Assembly (NCBI GenBank): GCA_052055015.1
Contig: JBQJIT010000075.1
Strand: one strand, 5' to 3'
From: Malassezia furfur
Taxonomy: Eukaryota
Length of the DNA: 34,940 nucleotides
Shown: positions 33,540 to 34,940 of the stretch, one piece after another
Numbering within the stretch: the first letter of the stretch is position 1
How the letters are laid out: every line of letters starts with the position of its first letter
Notes under the pieces: model-generated
Database searches by the model: none
What the model saw: the letters and a program-made list of their open reading frames with translations, nothing else
Told to the model about the DNA's origin: nothing
Translations under genes and position numbers: made by a program

Positions 33540-34601
33540 CTAGCTCTGCTCGACGGTCGCGCCCTGCTCGATCACGTCGAGGAACTGCACGTCGCAGGTG
33601 ATCGACTCCTTGGCGAACTCGGCGCAGATCGTCTGCGCGATGTGCTCGAGGTTGTCGGTGGCGAGCGCGAGGATCGTGGGGCCCGCGCCGGACAGGCAGA
33701 TGCCGAGCAGGCCCGGGTGCGTCGTGGGCGTCACCGAGGCGAGGATGCGCGGCAGGCCGGGGATGAGGTGCTTGCGGTACGGCTGGTGCACGCGGTCCTG
33801 CATCGCCTGGAAGATCAGGTGGACGTCCGGCGGGGAGCGCGCGAGCGACGTGGTGAGCACCGCGAGGCGCTGCAAATTGAACACCACGTCGTGCTTCGCG
33901 TAGGTGTCGGGCAGCACGCGCCGCGCCTCGGCGGTGAGCACCTCAAAGTGCGGCACGATGGCAATCACCTTGATCTCGGGCGCCCACCCGAAGCGGATGT
34001 AGTGCCCGATGTTGTGCGGCGGCGTGGGCGGGTCGCGCCCCCAGCTCGCGCCCGCGTCCGGCGGGTATTCGGGGAGCACCTCGCTGAGGGGCACCTTGGT
34101 GGTCTCGGCGTCCTGGCCGCTCAGCTCGAGCAGGTACGACCCGACGAACCCGCCGATGAGCGCCGCGGTGACGTTGTCGGGGTGCCGCTCGATCATCAGC
34201 GCATAGTCGAGCAGGCGGTCGCGGGGTATGTGCAGCTCGCCGAGCTCGTTGCCGAGCAGCAGGCCGGCGACGACCGCCGCGCCGGAGCTGCCGAGCCCGC
34301 GGCCGAAGGGGATGTCGTTTTCGACGTGGATCGAGACGCCCACAGGGAACTGCGTCGCGCCGTTCACACGCAGGACGTACAGCGCAACGCGCGTGATCAG
34401 GTTCTGGTACGGATCGAGCGGCGCGTCTTCGGCGCCCTGGCCGGAGTAGCGCAGCTGCGGCACACGCAGCTCGGTGCGGCTCGCGTCCACCTCGACGTGC
34501 AGCTTGAGGTACATGGACAGCGACAGGCCCAGCACATCAAAGCCCGGGCCGATGTTCGACGAGGTGCACGGCACACGCACCACAAACGAGCGCTGCGCCA
34601 T
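33540..34601 (-). CDS. THR1: Homoserine kinase (GHMP family)
   Basis: VRVPCTSSNIGPGFDVLG, IPFGRGLGSSGAA, ERHPDN, DRVHQPYR and LSGAGPT motifs. Confidence 0.96.
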   Translation of the reverse strand: MAQRSFVVRVPCTSSNIGPGFDVLGLSLSMYLKLHVEVDASRTELRVPQLRYSGQGAEDAPLDPYQNLITRVALYVLRVNGATQFPVGVSIHVENDIPFGRGLGSSGAAVVAGLLLGNELGELHIPRDRLLDYALMIERHPDNVTAALIGGFVGSYLLELSGQDAETTKVPLSEVLPEYPPDAGASWGRDPPTPPHNIGHYIRFGWAPEIKVIAIVPHFEVLTAEARRVLPDTYAKHDVVFNLQRLAVLTTSLARSPPDVHLIFQAMQDRVHQPYRKHLIPGLPRILASVTPTTHPGLLGICLSGAGPTILALATDNLEHIAQTICAEFAKESITCDVQFLDVIEQGATVEQS

Positions 34602-34642
34602 GGTGCGAAGAAGGAAGGACCGGCGGCCCACGTGGCACGACC

Positions 34643-34940
34643 ATGGCCAGCGGAGGCGACTGGCCGCCGTCGCTGCGGTACGTCGCGCGCCTCACCCAGC
34701 GAGTTTGCCAGCCGCGCGTTTGCGCAGGCCACCGACGCGAATCGACAGCAGGTCAGCGACGAGCTCAAGCGGCTCATCTTTGCCGCGTTCCAGGACGGAT
34801 CGCTGCACACGCGGGACTGGCGCCAGGCGCGCCTCGCGAGCTTGACGCCCGCGGGGACCAAGCGGCCCGCCGACGCGATGCACGCGCCGTCGTACGCGCG
34901 CGCCGCGGGCGCCGCGTGCCCAACGCCTTCAGGTGCTGAG
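34643..34940 (+). CDS. Probable Thp3/LENG8 (SAC3/GANP family) N-terminus, 3' truncated by window; intron 34678-34699
   Basis: A 22-nt intron gives MASGGDWPPSLREFASRAFAQATDANRQQVSDELKRLIFAAFQDGSLHTRDW. This matches the WP.SL..Y..R.F...LK..I..A...G.L...DW pattern I recall from LENG8/Thp3. Confidence 0.62.

Overview
GC-rich, very gene-dense fungal chromosome segment. The tiny introns, minimal intergenic gaps and a LIP-family secreted lipase suggest a Malassezia-like basidiomycete yeast; this is inference, not a database result. I can model 22 protein genes, two of them truncated by the window edges: BAG-domain protein, TFIIIC subunit, DnaJ (Djp1/Caj1-like), RPS4, Cwf19-like, ZIP zinc transporter, ARG7, thioredoxin-like protein, CYSTM protein, secreted lipase, HMG-box TF, Pho80/Pcl cyclin, thiolase, an H4/H3 pair, monoglyceride lipase, GT8, DUF2420-like acidic protein, UBP12-like USP, GRX4, NUF2, THR1 and THP3/LENG8-like. 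Most ORF-track fragments are joined by GT-AG introns of only 21-31 nt. Non-coding highlights: (1) a ~350-nt structured element at ~30780-31140 with telomerase-RNA-like architecture (hairpin, CTAACACT template-like motif, H-type pseudoknot, three-way junction, T7 tract), which is speculative; (2) a box C/D snoRNA candidate in RPS4 intron 2 with a 12-nt antisense element to the 18S rRNA 5' domain; (3) CACGTG just upstream of about nine genes; (4) ten GATC motifs in the H4/H3 promoter. All product calls are from motif recognition by eye; no searches were run.
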